In this document: one piece after another, positions 59,257 through 64,000 of the stretch | Position numbering within the stretch: the first letter of the stretch is position 1 | Layout of the letters: each line of letters begins with the position of its first letter | DNA from: Alphaproteobacteria bacterium | GTDB taxonomy: Bacteria > Pseudomonadota > Alphaproteobacteria > UBA828 | Length of the DNA: 64,000 bases | Direction: 5' to 3' | Assembly: GCA_965237415.1 (NCBI GenBank) | Contig: CBDEFM010000002.1 | Span: 2,848,001-2,912,000, forward strand | Notes under the pieces: model-generated | What the model saw: the letters and a program-made list of their open reading frames with translations, nothing else | Database searches by the model: none | Told to the model about the DNA's origin: nothing | Made by a program: the position numbers and the translations under genes

Positions 59257-59958
59257 ATGAAGATCATGCCCTGCCCGCTCAACGGGCCGCGCAATATCCA
59301 GGAGTTCATCTGCGCCGGCCCGGTCGAGCCGCACCCCGACCCCAACCGGTGTTCGGACGAGGAGTGGGCCGAGTACGTCTGGCTGGAGGAGAACTTGGCC
59401 GGCGTGGTGCGCGAGTGGTGGTGTCACGTCGCCACGTCCTACTGGTTCATCGCCGAACGCAACACGGTGACGGACGAAATTCTCGCCACCTATCCGGCCG
59501 ACCGGGTCTTCTCGGAGCGTGTCACATTCGAGCCGCTGGCGCCGCCGCCCGAGTCCGCGCCTGCGCCCGCCGAAGCCAAGCCGGAACCGCCCACGGAAGC
59601 CACCCCGCCGCCGGAAGCGCCGCCTTCGCCCGCCGCGCCCGCAGAGGACGCACCGGCGGAAGAGCGGGACGCACCTGCAGAAGCAGCACCCGTAGAGGCC
59701 GCCCCCGAGCCGCCAAAGGAAACCGTGCCGCCGGACGCGCCGCCCGAGCCTGAGCCGCAACCGACGGCTGCCGAGGCCTCACCGGAACGGCCTGAGGCCG
59801 CCTCGCCGGCGGACGATGCCGCCGAAGGCGACACGACCGCGGCCCAGGCGTCCCCAGACGATGCTCCCGCCGAGCGACCGGCCACCGGCGACACGCCCCA
59901 AGACGAACCGTCTACCGCCGAAGCACCGACTTCCGCGTCGAAGGATTCGGCCACATGA
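59257..59958 (+). CDS. soxD: Sarcosine oxidase delta subunit family with long Pro/Ala/Glu-rich C-terminal extension
   Basis: CPLNGPRN..EF, W.EYVW...N.AG...EWW.H, RNTVTDEI in the first ~90 aa; ~140 aa low-complexity tail. Confidence 0.85.
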   Translation: MKIMPCPLNGPRNIQEFICAGPVEPHPDPNRCSDEEWAEYVWLEENLAGVVREWWCHVATSYWFIAERNTVTDEILATYPADRVFSERVTFEPLAPPPESAPAPAEAKPEPPTEATPPPEAPPSPAAPAEDAPAEERDAPAEAAPVEAAPEPPKETVPPDAPPEPEPQPTAAEASPERPEAASPADDAAEGDTTAAQASPDDAPAERPATGDTPQDEPSTAEAPTSASKDSAT

Positions 59959-62864
59959 TGGCGCGCCTGCCCGAGCCCGCCGGCCTCCTCCTCGACCGCA
60001 CGGAGCCGATCGCGTTCCGCTTCGAGGGCAACCAGTATCAGGGGTATCGCGGCGATACGGTGGCGAGCGCGCTGGCGGCGAACGACGTTTCGGTGCTCTC
60101 GCGCTCCTTCAAGTATCACCGCCCGCGCGGCATCCACTCGCTCTCAGGCCTCGATGCGAACACGCTGGTACAGGTGGGCCCTGCGCCCAACCGCTTCGCC
60201 GACCGCGAGCCGCTTTCGCCCGACCTGGAGGTCATGGGCCAGAACTACTGGGGGACGCTCCGGCACGACCGGCTGGCCGTGTTCGGCCTGCTGCACCGCT
60301 TCTTCCCCGTGGGCTTCTACTACAAGGCGTTCTACAAGCCGCGTTGGACTTGGCCGCTCTGGGCCAAGATGATCCGCAGGATCGCAGGCCTCGGCACTGT
60401 CGATACCAACACCCCGCACGGCTATTTCGACAAGCAGTATCTCTTCTGCGACGTGCTGGTGGTGGGCGGCGGCGCGACGGGGCTCGCGGCGGCAGCGCAG
60501 GCGGCGGCGGCCGGCGCCGACGTCGTGCTCGTGGACGAGAACGCAGCGCTCGGCGGCGGGCTTCTCTACGGCCGCCCCGACGCCGGCGGGATCCGCGCCG
60601 AAGAGGAGCGCGCCCGCCTCGTCGGCGCCGTGGAGGGCTCCGATCGCATCTCGGCGATGACCGAGACCGCGTGCCTCGGCTGGTACGCCGATAACTGGCT
60701 GCCGCTGGTGCGCGGCAACCGCCTCTACAAGCTCAGGGCCAAGGCGCTGGTGGTCGCCACCGGCTCACTCGAGCAGCCTCTGGTCTTCCGCAACAACGAC
60801 TTGCCCGGCGTCATGCTGAGCGGCGCGGCGCAGCGCCTGATCAAACTCTATGGTGTCAAGCCTGGCCGCCGCGCGGTGGTGGCAACAGTGAATGACGAGG
60901 GCTACGGCGCGGCCCTCGACCTCTTGGATGCAGGCGTCGAGGTGGCGGCGGTGGTGGACCTGCGTATGGACGCGCAGCGGAGCGCGCTCGGCGACACCCT
61001 CGCCGCGCGCAGAGTGCCGGTCCACGCCGGTGCCGCGCCGTGGGAGGCCGTGCCCCAGCGCAAGGGACCGCGGCTCGCCCGTGTGCGGGTCGCCCGGATC
61101 GAGGCAGACGGGGTCTGCGCGCCATCTGTCGACAGCTTCACCTGCGACCTCCTCGTCGTCTGCGGCGGCCATGCACCGGCGGCCGCGCTGCTGCGCCAGG
61201 CGGGGGCCACGTTCGCCCACGACAGTGCGCGCAACGCGACGGTCGTCGCGGACCTCCCGCCAGGCGTCTTCGCCGCGGGCGGGGTGGCCGGCATCGTCGG
61301 CCTCGATGCGGCGATGGCAGACGGCCACCGCGCCGGCTGGCAGGCAGCCAAGGCCGCCGGCCTCGACCCAGGGCCCGAGCCCGCCGCCCCTGCCGAAGAG
61401 GCGCCGGCAGGCACGGGCGCCGTGTGGCCGATCTTCCCGCACCCCGACCACAAGGCCTTCGTCGATCTCGATGAGGACGTGCAGGTTCACGATCTGGAGG
61501 ACGCGATCGCAGAGGGCTACGACCATGTGGAGCTGCTCAAGCGTTTCACCACCAACGGCATGGGGCCGTCGCAAGGCCGGCATTCGTCGCTGAATGCGGC
61601 GCGCGTGCTGGCGCGGGCGACGGCGCGGAGCGTCGACGAGACCGGCGTCACAACGATGCGCCAGCCCATCGTGCCGGTCACCATGGGTCACCTTGCGGGC
61701 CGCAGCTTCGAGCCGGTGCGCTATACGGCGATGCATTTCCGCCATCTGGAGGCCGGCGCCACCATGATGCCGGCGGGCCTCTGGCTCCGGCCCGAGTTCT
61801 ATGGCGACAAGGCGCGGCGGCAGGCGTTGATCCGCGAGGAGACCAAGAACGTTCGCGACAATGTGGGCATCGTCGATGTCTCCACCCTCGGCGGGCTCGA
61901 CGTGCGCGGGCCGGATGCGGCCGAGTTCATGAACCGCATGTACACCTTCGCCTACCTCAAGCAGCCGGTGGGCCGCTCGCGCTACGTGCTGATGACCGAC
62001 CTCGCCGGCGTGGTGGTGGATGACGGTGTCGCCTGCCGCCTGCACGAGGACCACTTCTACGTCACGGCGACGACCTCGGGCGTCGACAACGTTTACCGCG
62101 AGATGCTCTGGTACAATGCCCAGTGGCGGCTCAAGGTCGATGTGACCAACGTCACTGCAGCGCTCGCGGGCGTCAATATCGCAGGCCCCAACTGCCGCGC
62201 GGTGCTGGAGACGCTCTGCGACGATGTCGACATATCGCCCGAGGGGTTCCCCTATATGGGCGTGCGCGAGGGCCATGTCGCCGGCATCCCCGCGCTCTTT
62301 CTCCGGGTGGGCTTCGTGGGCGAGCTGGGTTACGAGCTGCACGTGCCGGCGAGCCAGGGCGAGGCGCTCTGGGATGCGCTGGTCGATGCGGGCAAGGAAC
62401 ACGGCATCCGGCCCTTCGGCGTCGAGGCGCAGCGGCTGCTCAGGCTGGAGAAGGGCCATATCATCATCGGTCAGGACACCGACGGCCTCACCACCCCCCA
62501 CGAGGCCGACATGGCCTGGGCGCTCGCCAAGAAGAAGCCCTTCCACGTCGGCATACGCTCGGTGCGGATGCAGGCCGCGAAGGGGCTCACCCGCAAGCTC
62601 GTCGGGTTCGAGATGCCGGGAGTCGGTGTCGAGCAGCCGAAGGAGTGCCATCTGGTGATCCGCGACGGCGAGATCACGGGGCGGGTCACCTCGATCGCCT
62701 ATTCGCCGAACCTGGACAAGGTTATCGGCCTCGCCTACGTCGCGCCCGATCAGAGCGAGCCTGGCCAGTCGATCGAGATCAGAGTGGATGGCGGGCGCAT
62801 GGTGAACGCCACGGTGGCCAAGCTCCCCTTCTTCGACCCGGACGGCGCGCGACAGGAGCTCTGA
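59955..62864 (+). CDS. soxA: Sarcosine oxidase alpha subunit family
   Basis: GDTVASAL.AN, RSFKYHRPRG, F.NNDLPGVM, KRFTT.GMGPSQG, DVSTLG, GELGYE, LRLEKG. Confidence 0.95.
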   Translation: MMARLPEPAGLLLDRTEPIAFRFEGNQYQGYRGDTVASALAANDVSVLSRSFKYHRPRGIHSLSGLDANTLVQVGPAPNRFADREPLSPDLEVMGQNYWGTLRHDRLAVFGLLHRFFPVGFYYKAFYKPRWTWPLWAKMIRRIAGLGTVDTNTPHGYFDKQYLFCDVLVVGGGATGLAAAAQAAAAGADVVLVDENAALGGGLLYGRPDAGGIRAEEERARLVGAVEGSDRISAMTETACLGWYADNWLPLVRGNRLYKLRAKALVVATGSLEQPLVFRNNDLPGVMLSGAAQRLIKLYGVKPGRRAVVATVNDEGYGAALDLLDAGVEVAAVVDLRMDAQRSALGDTLAARRVPVHAGAAPWEAVPQRKGPRLARVRVARIEADGVCAPSVDSFTCDLLVVCGGHAPAAALLRQAGATFAHDSARNATVVADLPPGVFAAGGVAGIVGLDAAMADGHRAGWQAAKAAGLDPGPEPAAPAEEAPAGTGAVWPIFPHPDHKAFVDLDEDVQVHDLEDAIAEGYDHVELLKRFTTNGMGPSQGRHSSLNAARVLARATARSVDETGVTTMRQPIVPVTMGHLAGRSFEPVRYTAMHFRHLEAGATMMPAGLWLRPEFYGDKARRQALIREETKNVRDNVGIVDVSTLGGLDVRGPDAAEFMNRMYTFAYLKQPVGRSRYVLMTDLAGVVVDDGVACRLHEDHFYVTATTSGVDNVYREMLWYNAQWRLKVDVTNVTAALAGVNIAGPNCRAVLETLCDDVDISPEGFPYMGVREGHVAGIPALFLRVGFVGELGYELHVPASQGEALWDALVDAGKEHGIRPFGVEAQRLLRLEKGHIIIGQDTDGLTTPHEADMAWALAKKKPFHVGIRSVRMQAAKGLTRKLVGFEMPGVGVEQPKECHLVIRDGEITGRVTSIAYSPNLDKVIGLAYVAPDQSEPGQSIEIRVDGGRMVNATVAKLPFFDPDGARQEL

Positions 62865-62866
62865 CG

Positions 62867-63664
62867 GTGACGACGCCCACGGAGCAGACCCGCCGTTCGC
62901 CCCTCTACCGCGCGCTCGCGACAGACGGCGCGCGCTTCGAGCCGCTGGGCGGCTACGCGGTGGCAAGAGACTTCGGGCGGGACGCCGCCGACGAGGCGAC
63001 CCAGGCGGCATCGCTAGGCCTTGCCGACCTCACTCCGTTCCCCCGCATCGGCTTCAAGGGCTGGAATACCGGTCCCTGGCTCGCCGGCGCCGGCGCCGCG
63101 ATGGGCGAGGCGAGCAACCGGGCCTATGCGCAGGCCGACGGCACCCGTATTGCACGGCTGGCGCCGGGCGAGGCGCTCGTGCTTACCGACCGCAGGGGCG
63201 GAGGTCCGCTGATCGAAACCCTCGATCGGGCCTGGAGCATGGCCGAGGCCGACGGCTGCTTCCGCGTGGCGCGAGACGAGACGAGCTGCTGGCTGCTGCT
63301 TACCGGCGCGCACGCGCCCTCCATGATGGCCAAGGTCTGCGCCGTCGACCTCAGGCCCCAGTCCTTCGCGCCCGGCTCCATTGCCCAGACCAACGTCGCC
63401 CGCCTCAACGTCATCGTGATCCGGGGCGACATCGGCCGAGTGCCGGCCTTCGACCTGATCACCGATCTCGCATCTGCGGTCTATCTCTGGGGTGCGCTGC
63501 TCGATGCGATGGCCGAGCACGACGGCGCCCCGGTCGGGCTTGCCGCGATCCGCTCCCTGCTGGATGGGGGCGAAGAGCAGACGCCGTCGGCGCCGGCCGA
63601 GTCGAGCGCGCCGGAAGCCGCGCCCCCTGCCGACTCCAGCGGGCAGGACGCCTCTAGCTCTTGA
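62867..63664 (+). CDS. soxG: Sarcosine oxidase gamma subunit family
   Basis: C-terminal part of the 513-aa track ORF from GTG 62867; RRSPL, ADLT..PRIGFKG, K.CAVDLR, AQT.VAR, YLW.AL.DAM. Confidence 0.8.
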   Translation: MTTPTEQTRRSPLYRALATDGARFEPLGGYAVARDFGRDAADEATQAASLGLADLTPFPRIGFKGWNTGPWLAGAGAAMGEASNRAYAQADGTRIARLAPGEALVLTDRRGGGPLIETLDRAWSMAEADGCFRVARDETSCWLLLTGAHAPSMMAKVCAVDLRPQSFAPGSIAQTNVARLNVIVIRGDIGRVPAFDLITDLASAVYLWGALLDAMAEHDGAPVGLAAIRSLLDGGEEQTPSAPAESSAPEAAPPADSSGQDASSS

Positions 63665-63839
63665 ACAGCGAATCCGCCTTGCTCAGATAGTCCGTCTTCG
63701 CCCGGATGGCGCCGCGCACTCTCTCCAGCTCTTCTTCAAGCTGTTCGGCGTAGGCGCTGAGCGCGTCCACCGACAAGTCATCGAGCACGCGCGGCGACCA
63801 CTCCTGCTCACGCGGGATACGGACCGCATCCTCGTTCAT
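63654..63839 (-). CDS. DUF1192-like small coiled-coil protein
   Basis: LDDLSVDAL..Y...LEEELERVR.AI.AK....ADSLFK. Confidence 0.75.
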   Translation of the reverse strand: MNEDAVRIPREQEWSPRVLDDLSVDALSAYAEQLEEELERVRGAIRAKTDYLSKADSLFKS

Positions 63840-63906
63840 CCCATTTCTCCTGCGCCGGCCGGGCCGGCTTGAGTATAGTCGCGCGCACAAACCGTTTGGA
63901 GGCGTC

Positions 63907-64000
63907 ATGGCGAAGCCGCCCACTGAAATGACCGTTATCGAGATCACGGAACCGGGCGGGCCCGAGGTTCTGCGCCCGGCGCAGCGGCCGGTGCCCGAGC
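63907..64000 (+). CDS. NAD(P)H-quinone oxidoreductase (MDR family), N-terminal fragment
   Basis: GGAGG RBS; MAKPPTEMTVIEITEPGGPEVLRPAQRPVP. Confidence 0.75.
   Translation, partial: MAKPPTEMTVIEITEPGGPEVLRPAQRPVPE

Noticed and set aside
60765-63011. 748-aa minus-strand ORF (and many similar Arg/Ala-rich ORFs in the track)
   Set aside because: Antisense shadows of real genes with no recognisable domains

Overview
GC-rich bacterial chromosomal segment, most likely from an alphaproteobacterium (inferred from the DUF1192-like gene, rpmB/hslVU and overall gene style). It is dominated by uptake and catabolism of small, often nitrogen-containing organics. Transport: a TRAP solute-binding protein and four ABC systems (sugar-type, polar amino acid, betaine-type, urea/amide-type). 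Enzymes: two ATP-dependent hydantoinase/oxoprolinase systems, an HpaB-family monooxygenase, a PuuE-type allantoinase, a cyclase, an isochorismatase, a CoA-transferase plus HMG-CoA-lyase-like pair, and a sarcosine oxidase / N-methylglutamate dehydrogenase-like operon. Housekeeping genes: pyk, upp, rpmB, hslVU and tRNA-Val(GAC). Mobile DNA: an IS1634 (frameshifted), an IS481, and a 125-bp MITE inserted into codons 4-5 of an ABC binding-protein gene. The best leads are: (1) a three-copy ~90-100 bp intergenic multi-hairpin repeat with compensatory base changes; (2) the monooxygenase-lactamase-ureidase catabolic cluster, whose importer is hit twice by mobile elements; (3) a His/Met-rich beta-propeller + PDZ-less S41 protease + PCuAC operon; (4) a Tat-lipoprotein vanadium haloperoxidase paired with a porin; (5) a small Cys4 protein coupled to a fused hydantoinase; (6) a SoxD with a ~140-aa acidic Pro-rich tail. 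All calls come from motif recognition by eye; no searches were run.
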